A stretch of DNA of 63,662 nt, counting the filler, from Klebsormidium nitens (lineage: Eukaryota > Plantae > Klebsormidiophyceae): the NCBI GenBank assembly GCA_000708835.1. It is 6 parts of 6 records of this genome, joined end to end, with 100 filler letters (N's around TTAATTAATTAA, not from the genome) between each part and the next. Parts side by side here need not be neighbours in the genome. Positions count along the whole stretch, not along the records: positions 1 to 2,563 come from DF238666.1; positions 2,664 to 9,845 come from DF237873.1; 4 more parts are not named here. The stretch is one strand, 5' to 3'. A program made the translations under genes and the position numbers. The notes beneath the pieces were generated by a model, which saw nothing but the letters and a program-made list of their open reading frames with translations, ran no database searches and was not told the DNA's origin. Positions within the stretch are counted from its first letter, which is position 1. Every line of letters begins with the position of its first letter. Of the stretch, positions 1-9,945 are shown piece by piece.

Positions 1-2563
1 TGCTGTCTAGCGCTGGAGTCTGTACTTCTTGCTGTCTCTCTTGTTGCTAACTCTTTCAGCAATGCAAGTTGAAAAGCTGAGCTACAAGGTCTGGGCCAAT
101 AATGTAATTGTTTCTTTCAGTTTCTTTGGCTCAAGTCTTGTATCCTGTTCTTTCCAACTACGTACTGCCAATCAATTTTTACAAGCCACTCAGTATCTCT
201 TGTTCAAATGTAGCTACCACCAGCCAAATGTCACCCCTTGCGAATCGCTCCAGCGTTTGGCATACTCTATGCCTCGTGTGGCTTGTCAAGAAACCCGCAA
301 ACAAGTATTGCCTCTTGACTCGATTGTAATCTGTACAATCGTGTCTGTTCACCTTCGGCTGAGCATCCTTCAGCATTTTTGCGGCAGCTTCAGCTCACAA
401 GCAATGTTTGACAGTCTGCTTCAGAGTTGTCTAAGAACTGCATCAAACGGCTCTGGCCATGAAAAGTGTACCTGCTTTTATCTGGCGGTTCTACCGCTCC
501 ATGAGTCACTAGGTCCTGGGCAGTCATGACTTTTTGTTTCAATGCATCTTTCAGTTTTGCTGATTCTGGGGGCTTTTACATTTTACATCTTTGTTCAAAG
601 TGCAGAAAGAGGTTGAGATTTTGAGCTGGTCTTCACATCGGGAACAACTATTCGATCTTCCTGAGCAAAAGCATTTCGTAACTCCGTAATTTATCCAATA
701 GATTCTGCCTCCATGGCTCTGCGAGTAGGTGTATTGGCCAGCGCAGCACTTTGTGTACATCTGCAGCATTTGGTTCAGATCAAGCAACTCAGTGTTGACC
801 CCTTGTGAATGCAGATATCAGCTTCTGAGTGCCACAACAATGGGGCGTCTCAGATTTAGGAAGCTCCTTGGGCAGCTTCTTTGCTGGTGAGGCCCTGATC
901 AGTTCTAGAGTGCGCTAGAAGCTATTGCTCTTTGCAAAGGGAGCTGATTTGAGTTATGCTTGAGCAGGCAGTTGAAAGGGCCCGTCAAGAGGCCGAGGGT
1001 ATTTAGTGCTTGCGGGAGTTTCAAGAATCAGTAAGTGACACGTACATCTTAACATGTGTCCTTTCTGAAAGCCGATGGGATGCTAGCAATTGCGTGCATC
1101 AATGTCCAAGTAGGGAAGGGTTCGATGTCGTTGGATTCTGCATCCAGTCTTTCCTGAGAAATGTCCAAGTTGGTTGAACCGATCAAACTCAGTGTGCCTG
1201 GCTCTGTCACTTTGCATCTTGAAAGCGATGGGAAAAGCTTGCTTCAGTTGTTCTCCTTCACTTGCCTGATGGAAGCAAGGAAGAAGCAGGCATCAGAATG
1301 TACAGTTAATAACTGGCTGGCATGCTTTCTAAGACCACAAGCGTGGCCTGTCGGCATGATCCCTCTCCTTACACAGGACCCAGGTTGAGTCCACTGTAAA
1401 GAGTGGCTTAACACCAATCCACCGATCCTTTTTCTAGGTACCATATGGAAGGCTGTACCTGACGAGCGGACAGTCGTTCTTGTAAAAGAACTGAGCTTTT
1501 GTCTGGTGGCCGGCGTATTATTCCAGGAGTGGACACGCAAACATGATAGTGGTAAGTTTGAAGTTTCGGAGCCCACCACAAAACGAAGGGTGCACGAAAA
1601 GCAGTACATCAGGGTCGTTTTAAGGCATGGGTATAGTAAGGTTGCAGCCCAGCCTGAGATGTGATCAAGACTGCATCTTTCTCTTAAAGCTGGAACAAAT
1701 TTCTCTCCTACGTTGAAAGAGATGAAGGCTTTCCAAAGAACTCTCGGACCCGCAGACCATCGAAGTTGTATTATACATTTGGAAGTCATGGTTATCAAGT
1801 GCTTCATCACTTGGGTGCATTGGCCTTTGTAGAACTTTGCAAACTTTCAGGGAATCTAAGGTACGAACGTTGTTTCAGAGGAGAAACAGATTCTTATGTA
1901 AGTCTTGTTGACATGCCTCGTTGTGATCCTATCTACGGTTATTTTGACCAACCACTTTGAGTTTAAGTTTATTGTTTCGTACAGGTACACCAAGGCTGAA
2001 AACGCACTAGCTCGTTGAAGGTTCGAGGTGAAGTCTGCCGTTACCACTGAAGCGAGACTGATGTGAAGTACGTCAACTAGGCCCATGGTGCATTCAAAAG
2101 CTAGGACTAATTGGTTGCAACAAACGCAACGACATTGTGATGGTTACTGGTCCCATCAATATCGCTTAATCTGTTTCAAGTCGGAGATGATGAGTGCATG
2201 AATCTATGAGGCTACCGGGCCGCGCTTCATGCGAAGGGTCTGAAATGCTACAGATCATTCCTCAGATTTTGTCATAAGCAGTACCGCTTGCAGTCCCATG
2301 ATGGATACACTCAAGCTAGACATGAACATACACTTTGTCAAGGTATTTGGTTAAGAAAGTATGTGAGAAAAGTCTGAAGACGCAAACCGTATTTTTGGAG
2401 GGAGATCGGTCCTCTTATTGACTCGATGTGACAATTGGTGTCCTTGCCATACACCGTGTGGAGCCATGGCACGTCGCTCACGAATAAAATGATGGGAGAT
2501 GGGTCAAGTGCTCAAGTTGCTGCAAATTATGCAGGTATATGACCAATGATGGGGTATTGTAAC

Positions 2564-2663
2564 NNNNNNNNNNNNNNNNNNNNNNNNNNNNNNNNNNNNN
2601 NNNNNNNTTAATTAATTAANNNNNNNNNNNNNNNNNNNNNNNNNNNNNNNNNNNNNNNNNNNN
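2564..2663. other. Artificial contig spacer (N44-TTAATTAATTAA-N44)
   Basis: Identical 100-nt block with six-frame stop linker recurs five times; sequence character changes abruptly across it. Confidence 0.97.
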
Positions 2664-2870
2664 CAGACTCAAGGATCCTCCGTAAGACACATTTTTAAAT
2701 GCGTCTTATTAAGGAATCCACTAGGGATACCCGTCCCCCGAGTGCCCGACCAAGACACATTCTCTCCCAACTGCCACGTCAGCACCCCGAAGCTCCTAGG
2801 GTCACTTAAGGGAGAAAATCCTAACGAACTCCCTAGTCAGAATCGCCACAAGACACGACGAATGATGCGT
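2664..2870 (+). repeat. ~200-bp dispersed repeat, copy 1
   Basis: Aligns by eye with 9232-9425 and 9617-9822 (GGATCCTCCGTAAGAC...ATGCGTCTTATT...CTAGGGATACC...ATTCTCTCC.AACTGCCACGTC.GCA). Confidence 0.92.
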
Positions 2871-2972
2871 GCATCCATACGTGGCTCTGGTGTCTCATGC
2901 GACTGAAGCTGACGGCGAATTGTTCAAAAGAACCCGGACCCTATGTACACTTTCGTATGAAGCCTAGTCACG

Positions 2973-3146
2973 TCAGCACGCGGCCTCGTTCTCGACAGCG
3001 ACCTCCTCGACCAGGCGTACGAAGCGATCGTTCCTCAGCCGTTTGGTCTCGGCGATCTGGCGCATCACCGAGTCGCCCGAGTTCTCCGCCGACCACCTCC
3101 TCCGCCTCGCGACGAAGACTCGGTCCGTCTCGGGAGAGTCCGGCAT
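2973..3146 (-). CDS. Small hypothetical viral protein, 57 aa (MPDSPETDRVFVARRRRWSAENSGDSVMRQIAETKRLRNDRFVRLVEEVAVENEAAC)
   Basis: Manual translation; GC3-rich codons; starts 36 nt after the Erv1 stop on the same strand; below the ORF-track length cut-off. Confidence 0.45.
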   Translation of the reverse strand: MPDSPETDRVFVARRRRWSAENSGDSVMRQIAETKRLRNDRFVRLVEEVAVENEAAC

Positions 3147-3182
3147 GACGCAAAAGTGCTCACCGCACGAAAATCGGTCCGA

Positions 3183-3632
3183 TCACGAGGGGCAGGGTTC
3201 GATCACGACCCTGGCTCTGACGTCCTTCTCGCCCACGCATCCGTGGATATCCCTCTGGTCGCAGCTCTTCGCTCTGTACTTCTCGTACCGCTTCTTCACC
3301 GTTTCATAGGAAGGACCTCTGGGCTTTTTCAGCCTCCTGTTCACGAGGACGTGCACGTCGTAGAGCCACTTCGAGACGGACCTGCGATCTCTCATCGTCT
3401 TCCAGGACAACGGCGCTCGACCTCTGGGACCGATGAACGACGCGTACGACTCTCTGCATGCACGACAGGGCAGGGTGTGCTTGAATGATCGAAAGAACGT
3501 GAGATAATTGCTCTTGGCGTCCTTGGTCGGACGACGCGGATAATTGAACGTTATGGCGTGCAAGCTGACCCACAGGGGCGGTCCCCAGATGCGTGTAACG
3601 ATCCCGTTGTCCTGGTTGGACGCACGGGGCAT
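3183..3632 (-). CDS. Erv1/Alr family FAD-linked sulfhydryl oxidase (viral type, like vaccinia E10R / ASFV B119L)
   Basis: WGPPLWVSLHAITFNYP, LPCRAC (CxxC) and WLYDVHVLVNRRL motifs; 149 aa; no intron. Confidence 0.92.
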   Translation of the reverse strand: MPRASNQDNGIVTRIWGPPLWVSLHAITFNYPRRPTKDAKSNYLTFFRSFKHTLPCRACRESYASFIGPRGRAPLSWKTMRDRRSVSKWLYDVHVLVNRRLKKPRGPSYETVKKRYEKYRAKSCDQRDIHGCVGEKDVRARVVIEPCPS

Positions 3633-3737
3633 GGTTCGCTACTAACACGACTACATATTTTGTCGGCCCGTCTCATCGGTGGTCCCGATGCGTAGTCCCC
3701 ATGATTTTTTTGTGTGTTGTAACTCACCGGAACGTAC

Positions 3738-6438
3738 ATGGGTCTCAAGGTGCGTGAAGATGAGGCGAGCGAACGACGACGGTACGTAGCGATCGGGAAC
3801 AGCGCTCTGCGCCTGAAGAAGGCGGACGGCGGGGCGAGTTTCTTGGTGTCCGCGAACTACAGCGTCTGGGACGACAAAGAGGACCGGTTGGCCAACGAGT
3901 TGCCGAAGAGCACGAAACAGATCGAGATCTCCCTCTCGTGCGACGATCTGCCGCGCATCTACGAGAGACTCTATGCGGCTATCGGTACGGCGACGGACGG
4001 ACTCGTCGAGGACGACGTTCCCGAGAGATCGGATGCTACCGGCGTCGGGAGCGATGCCCCTACGACGGCGACGGCGGACGGGGAGACGACGGCCGGGCTA
4101 GACGGACCCGTCGAGGGGGGGACAGCAAAGCAGGACGCCGAGGCTCAGGCGGCCGATGGTCCCGCTGAAACAGAGACGCATGGGGATGACACCGTGGCCG
4201 ATACGACAGATGGGGGCGCTGAGGTGGAGACGACCGCGCAGGACACCGCCACCGATACCGCGGATGGGGGCGGTGATGCGCAGAAAACCGATGCCGGATC
4301 CGCAGAGGGGGCTGCTCAGGGGGAGACGGCCGCGCAGGACAGCGCTGCCGAGCCTGCAGATGGGGGTGCTGGGGGGGCGACAGCCACGCAGGACAACGGT
4401 GCGCAGAACCTTGCTACGGAGGCTGCGGACGGGGCCACTGATGGCATTGAGAAGGGTGCGCAAGACACCGGTGCCGAGCCCGTAGATGGNNNNNNNNNNN
4501 NNNNNNNNNNNNNNNNNNNNNNNNNNNNNNNNNNNNNNNNNNNNNNNNNNNNNNNNNNNNNNNNNNNNNNNNNNNNNNNNNNNNNNNNNNNNNNNNNNNN
4601 NNNNNNNNNNNNNNNNNNNNNNNNNNNNNNNNNNNNNNNNNNNNNNNNNNNNNNNNNNNNNNNNNNNNNNNNNNNNNNNNNNNNNNNNNNNNNNNNNNNN
4701 NNNNNNNNNNNNNNNNNNNNNNNNNNNNNNNNNNNNNNNNNNNNNNNNNNNNNNNNNNNNNNNNNNNNNNNNNNNNNNNNNNNNNNNNNNNNNNNNNNNN
4801 NNNNNNNNNNNNNNNNNNNNNNNNNNNNNNNNNNNNNNNNNNNNNNNNNNNNNNNNNNNNNNNNNNNNNNNNNNNNNNNNNNNNNNNNNNNNNNNNNNNN
4901 NNNNNNNNNNNNNNNNNNNNNNNNNNNNNNNNNNNNNNNNNNNNNNNNNNNNNNNNNNNNNNNNNNNNNNNNNNNNNGCGGATGGGGGCGCTGGGGGCGC
5001 TGAGGCGGAGACGGTCACGCAGGAGACCGCTACCGAGCCTGTAGATGATGGTGCTGGAGGCGCTGAAGGGGAGACGGCCGCGCAGGACTCCGCTGCTGAG
5101 GCCGCGGACGGGGTTGCTGAAGGCGAGACGGCGGAGCAGGACGCCGCTGCGAACGCAGCAGATGGGGGCGCTGATGGGGAGCAAGGTGCGCAGGACGCCG
5201 CTGCGAACGCCTCAGATGGGGGCGTCGAAGGGAAGATGGATGCTGCGAAGGCGTCGGAGGCGACGCGGGAGCCCCACTCGCCCGGAACGCAGGGAGTAGC
5301 GGGTGTGGCGGTCGTCTCCGACGGAGCCTTGTCCGTGGTGATCGTCGTGCCGGTCGAAGGAAAGACCATGGGGCAGGGTGCTGCTACGGTGGCGTCCGGC
5401 GAGGCGAATGCGTCTGATGCACCCGCCGAGGGGAAGACGGATGAGCCGGACCACGCGCCGGAGGTCACGGGGGTCGCGCAGGAGGAATCCGTGGCCGGTC
5501 CGGAGGGGGTGGCGGCGGTGGCGGTCGTCCACGATGAGGTCTTGTCCGTGGTGATCGCCGTTCCGGTGCGATACGCTGAGGCGGAACCGAAGGAGCCGAC
5601 AGCGGAGCGGGAAGCGGCTGCCCACGCACCCGACGAGCGAGTCGAAGGGGAGACGGCGGGGCGAGACGCCGTTGCCGATGGAACCGATGGGGGCTCTACG
5701 AAGGCGGCCGATGGGTCCGTCGAAGGGGAGACGGCGGGGCGTGACGCGGCCGCTGAGGAGGGAGATGTGCCCGCAGAAGCGGGGACGGGCGGGCAGGGTC
5801 CTTCGGCGGAGGCGGCAGAGGTCGCACGGGAGGTCCCCGTGGAGGCCGTGGCGGATGTGGCGCTCGTTTCCGGTGAAGGGTCGGTGGTGATCGTCGTGCC
5901 GGTTCCGTCCGCCGAGGCCGCATCGGAGGAGACGACGGCGGACCAGTCGGGATGCGGGCAGGCATCGCCCCTGAGCGCGATGGTGCATATGGGTGACCCC
6001 GACGAGGTGCCGCCGATGATGCATCGGATGCAGGTGTCCGTGCAAACCTTCCCGGGGCCGGACGGGGAGGCGGCCACGCAGATCACTGTGGCGGCGGTGC
6101 CTGAAGTTCGCGAAGAGGCGGGGGCGGCGGTGCCGGAGGTTCGCGAGGACGCAGTGTCCGCGGGAAGGCCGGCCCCGGAGTCTGGGGCGGGCCCGGAGTA
6201 TGCGGTCATGTCGGATGCGGAGGTGCGCGTGAAGAAGCCCCCCGACAGCGTGATGTACGAGGTGGCGACGACCTACGGCGTGTGGACGACCAAGGAGAGT
6301 TGGTTGGCCGACGAGGCGGCCGCCCGGGAGGTGCCCCTGAAGGTGTCCCTCCCGTTGTGGGACCTGCCGCGGATGTTCGAGTGCATGCATGCGCAGATGA
6401 AGACGGAGCACGGCGGGCCCGTGGAGGAGCGCGCGTAG
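3738..6438 (+). CDS. Large acidic Ala/Gly/Asp/Glu/Thr-rich repeat protein with homologous N- and C-terminal domains; interrupted by an assembly gap
   Basis: ORF halves 3738-4489 and 4978-6438 carry the same degenerate repeats (ETAAQDSAAE.ADGG) on both sides of the N gap; the frame offset is explained if the gap length is an estimate. Confidence 0.72.
4490..4977. other. Scaffold gap (488 N) inside a tandem-repeat coding region
   Basis: N run without the linker, flanked by matching repeat units. Confidence 0.95.
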
Positions 6439-6651
6439 GGAGTCCGGGCAAGATTTTCTGGGAGGTCTGCTAGGCCGCCCGACATGGGCGTCGCGAGCGG
6501 ACACGACGGGAGCAGTCATGGGGGAGCCTACATGGGACGGTTCCTGAGCCGGGGGTATAAATCGTTCGGGAAGCGCAGGCAAGAGTCTCATTCTTTGGAT
6601 CTCTCCAGGCTGAACGGCACGGCGTTGACGGCGTTCGACCCCTCGGCGAAC

Positions 6652-9105
6652 ATGTTCGTGATCAAGCGCAGCGGCGGCAGGGAGCTCATGAGCTTCGACA
6701 AGATCTCGGAGAGGCTCATCCGGCTGTCCGAGGATCCCTTCCAGCCGTACCCTCCTTCCCGCCACGGGGCGCCCGTCTGCGTCGTGGACGATGACCCCCT
6801 CTGCACGGGCGCGGCCCTGAAGGGGGTGAACCCGCACAAGGTGGCCCAAAAGGTGTGCGCCGGCATCTACGACGGCATCACCACGGTGGAGCTCGACAAG
6901 CTGGCGTCGGAGGAGGCAGCCGCGATGCAGAGCGTGCACCCCGAGTACGGCGTCCTGGCTTCCCGCATCGTGGTGAGCAACCTACACAAGACGACGCCGC
7001 CCACGTTCGGCGAGAGCGTGAGGGCCCTGGAGGGCCGCCTCGACCCGGCGTTCTTCGCCGCGTTGACGGTGGAGGGGGGCCCGCTGGAGGCGCTGGAGGG
7101 CGCGATCGACTACACCCGGGACTACAACTACGACTACTTCGGCATCAAGACCCTGGAGAAGATGTACCTGCTGAAGGCTCGGGGCGGCCAGGTCAAGGAG
7201 CGCCCGCAGCACATGCTCATGCGGGTGTCGGCCTGGATCAACGGCTCGCGAGGGGAGGCGGTGAACGTGAAGAGGACGCTCGAGACGTACGAGCTAATGT
7301 CGCAGCGCTACTACACGCACGCGACGCCCACGCTGTTCAACGCAGGCACCCGCATGCCCCAGCTGTCCTCGTGCATGCTGCTGAACCAGATAGACACGCC
7401 CGAGCGGGACAGCATCGACGGCATGTACGACCTGGTGAAGCACGTGGCGCAGATCAGCAAGATGGCGGGTGGCATCGGCACGAACTGCACCCTGGTGCGC
7501 TCCAGGGGCAGCTACATCCACGGCAGCGGGGGCACGTCCAAGGGCCTCGTCCCCTTCCTCCGCGTCCTCAACGAGACCGCCCGCCACGTGGATCAGGCGG
7601 GCGTGCGCAAGGGCGCGGTGGCCGTGTTCATGGAGCCCTGGCACGCCGACATCTTCGAGTTCCTGGACATCCGCAAGAACGCGGGGGTGGAGGAGGCGCG
7701 GGCGCGCGACCTCTTCACGGCGCTGTGGGTGCCCGACGACTTCTTCAGGCGGGTGCTGGCCGACGAGGACTGGTCCCTCATGTGCCCCAACGACGCGCGC
7801 GGGCTCGCCGACGCGTGCGGCGACGACTTCGTGAGGCTGTACCGGGAGTACGAGGGGCTGGGCATCGCGCGGCGCACGGTGAAGGCGCGGCAGCTGTGGG
7901 ACGCCATACTGCGCTCCATGATCGAGACGGGGACGCCCTACATCTCCGCCAAGGACTCCGTGAACGCCAAGAGCGGGCAGAAGAACCTGGGCACCATCAG
8001 GAGCTCGAACCTGTGCAACGAGGTGACGCTGTACTCCGACAAGGACGAGACGGCCGTCTGCGTGCTCGCCTCGGTGGCCCTGAGCAGGTTCGTGAAGTAC
8101 GTGGACGGGCCCGGGTCCGAGACGTACATGGACTACGAGGAGCTGCACTCGGTGACGATGACCGTGGCGAGGAACCTGGACGCCGTGATCGACACCACCA
8201 TCTACCCGACGCACGAGTGCGAGGCGAGCAGCAAGCGGCACCGTCCGATCGGCATCGGCGTCCAGGGCTTCTGCGACGTGCTGTACGCGCTGCGGCTGCC
8301 CTTCGAGTCCGCCGGCGCGAGGGAGGTCAACGTACGGATCTTCGAGACCATGTACCACGCCGCCGTGCTGGCGAGCGTCGAGCTGGCGGAGGTGCACGGG
8401 CCGTACTCGTCGTTCGCGGGCTCCCCCGCCAGCCAGGGCTCGCTCCAGTTCGACCTGTGGGACGCGGCGCCGACCAGGCCCGAGTACGACTGGGGGAGGT
8501 TGAAGGCGAGGGTGATGGAGAGCGGCCTGCGCAACAGCACCCTCATGGCGCTCATGCCCACCGCGAGCACGTCGCAGCTCCTCCAGAACACGGAGTCGTT
8601 CGAGCTGCCCACGTCCTTCATGTACAGTTGCAGGACGCTATCGGGGGATTTCATGGTGATCAACCGCTGGCTGCTGCGCGACCTGACCCGTGCCCGGCTC
8701 TGGACCCCCGAGCTGAAGCAGGCCCTGGTGCGCGACGAGGGCTCCATCCAGGGCATCGAACGCATCCCGGCCCAGCTCAGGTCGCTCTACAAGACGACCT
8801 GGGAGGTGCCCATGAAGGCTTACATCGCCATGATGCGGGACCGGGCGCCGTACGTGTGCCAGAGCGCGAGCCTGAACCTGTACCAGAAGGAGCCCAACAT
8901 GAAGAAGCTCAGCAACATGCTCCTGTACGGCTGGAAGGAGGGCCTGAAGACGGTCTGCTACTACCTGAGGATCCGCCCCGCGTCCACGGCGACCAAGTTC
9001 ACGGTCGAGAGCGAGAGGGGCGGCGGGGCAGAAGCGGAGAAGGCAGCGGAGGCGGACCTGCCCGTATGCAGCATGGAAGAGTCTTGCGTGTCGTGCTCCG
9101 CTTAG
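6652..9105 (+). CDS. Ribonucleoside-diphosphate reductase large subunit, class Ia (RRM1/NrdA-like), viral type; probable start ATG 6652 (open frame from 6484)
   Basis: ATP-cone start MFVIKRSG; TPTLFNAGT; QLSSC; EPWHAD; SSNLCNE (N-C-E catalytic triad); AVCVLAS; MPTASTSQ; LKTVCYYLR; C-terminal CSMEESCVSC; intronless. Confidence 0.96.
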   Translation: MFVIKRSGGRELMSFDKISERLIRLSEDPFQPYPPSRHGAPVCVVDDDPLCTGAALKGVNPHKVAQKVCAGIYDGITTVELDKLASEEAAAMQSVHPEYGVLASRIVVSNLHKTTPPTFGESVRALEGRLDPAFFAALTVEGGPLEALEGAIDYTRDYNYDYFGIKTLEKMYLLKARGGQVKERPQHMLMRVSAWINGSRGEAVNVKRTLETYELMSQRYYTHATPTLFNAGTRMPQLSSCMLLNQIDTPERDSIDGMYDLVKHVAQISKMAGGIGTNCTLVRSRGSYIHGSGGTSKGLVPFLRVLNETARHVDQAGVRKGAVAVFMEPWHADIFEFLDIRKNAGVEEARARDLFTALWVPDDFFRRVLADEDWSLMCPNDARGLADACGDDFVRLYREYEGLGIARRTVKARQLWDAILRSMIETGTPYISAKDSVNAKSGQKNLGTIRSSNLCNEVTLYSDKDETAVCVLASVALSRFVKYVDGPGSETYMDYEELHSVTMTVARNLDAVIDTTIYPTHECEASSKRHRPIGIGVQGFCDVLYALRLPFESAGAREVNVRIFETMYHAAVLASVELAEVHGPYSSFAGSPASQGSLQFDLWDAAPTRPEYDWGRLKARVMESGLRNSTLMALMPTASTSQLLQNTESFELPTSFMYSCRTLSGDFMVINRWLLRDLTRARLWTPELKQALVRDEGSIQGIERIPAQLRSLYKTTWEVPMKAYIAMMRDRAPYVCQSASLNLYQKEPNMKKLSNMLLYGWKEGLKTVCYYLRIRPASTATKFTVESERGGGAEAEKAAEADLPVCSMEESCVSCSA

Positions 9106-9231
9106 CGATAGGAGATAGGCGTAGGGAGATGCTTTAGGGGACAGTGTGCTGTACCGATAGCCAAAACATACTCTCCCTGAAATGAACTCGACGAATATTG
9201 TACCAACTTGGCCCAATTTTCAACCGACCAG

Positions 9232-9425
9232 GGATCCTCCGTAAGACACATTTTTTATGCGTCTTATTGACGAATCCACTAGGGATACCGATCCCGCGAG
9301 TGATCGGCCAAGACGCATTCTCTCCGAACTGCCACGTCGGCATCTCGGAGCTTCTCGTGAGAGTCACTTGCGGGAGAAATTCCTAGCCGAAGACCCATAA
9401 GACACGATAAATAATGCGTCTTGTA
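9232..9425 (+). repeat. ~200-bp dispersed repeat, copy 2
   Basis: Direct-orientation similarity to 2664-2870. Confidence 0.92.
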
Positions 9426-9463
9426 GTATCATACCCTAGCGGATTCCCCAGTCGGAAACGCGC

Positions 9464-9592
9464 AAGACACAAGACAGTAAGACGCATTCTTTTGGAAACT
9501 TTCCTGAGATTCTCGGGATCGTGGCGGATATAGATCGTCCATCGGATTCTGGGGAACTTTCAAAAAAATGTGTCTTACTGTCTTACTGTCTT
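9464..9592. repeat. Imperfect inverted repeat with ~40-bp arms (9464-9504 / 9551-9592)
   Basis: AAGACACAAGACAGTAAGACGCATTCTTTTGGAAAC pairs with GAACTTTCAAAAAAATGTGTCTTACTGTCTTACTGTCTT. Confidence 0.8.
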
Positions 9593-9616
9593 AACTGAGA
9601 GATCCATTATGGAAAC

Positions 9617-9822
9617 CAGACTCGAGGATCCTCCGTAAGACATATTCTCAAATGCGTCTTATTAACGAATCAACTAGGGATACCGATTCCGCGAGTGCCC
9701 GACACAAGTCATATTCTCTCCGAACTGCCACGTCAGCATATCGAAGCCTCCACTTCAGGGATCAACTCCTAGCGAAATCCCTAGTGAAAACCCCAACAAG
9801 ACCCGATAAATAATGTGTCTGG
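9617..9822 (+). repeat. ~200-bp dispersed repeat, copy 3
   Basis: Begins CAGACTCGAGGATCCTCCGTAAGAC, matching the first bases of contig B. Confidence 0.92.
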
Positions 9823-9845
9823 TAGGGGCTATTTAAAGGATCTGA

Positions 9846-9945
9846 NNNNNNNNNNNNNNNNNNNNNNNNNNNNNNNNNNNNNNNNNNNNTTAATTAATTA
9901 ANNNNNNNNNNNNNNNNNNNNNNNNNNNNNNNNNNNNNNNNNNNN
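9846..9945. other. Artificial contig spacer
   Basis: N44-TTAATTAATTAA-N44. Confidence 0.97.

Larger units (their letters stand above)
2664..9845. mobile_element. Giant virus (Nucleocytoviricota)-like segment, endogenous or co-assembled
   Basis: Intronless, tightly packed ORFs with strong G/C third-position bias, unlike the intron-rich host contig; contains Erv1/Alr oxidase (NCLDV core-type gene) and RNR large subunit. Confidence 0.8.

Noticed and set aside
1-2563. ORFs 29-529, 1244-1810 and others in contig A
   Set aside because: No recognisable motif or codon bias in the frames I translated; probably decayed or non-coding
2608-2619. TTAATTAATTAA palindrome repeated five times
   Set aside because: Artificial six-frame-stop linker inside N padding; adjacency across it, such as RNR next to KDZ, has no biological meaning
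6855-9137. 760-aa overlapping ORF and antisense ORFs (7294-8397, 5212-6939, 4098-6209)
   Set aside because: Shadow frames caused by extreme GC3 bias of the RNR and repeat protein; low-complexity translations
2664-9822. Repeats as a CRISPR-like array
   Set aside because: Units are ~200 bp, dispersed and degenerate; no regular spacers and no cas genes
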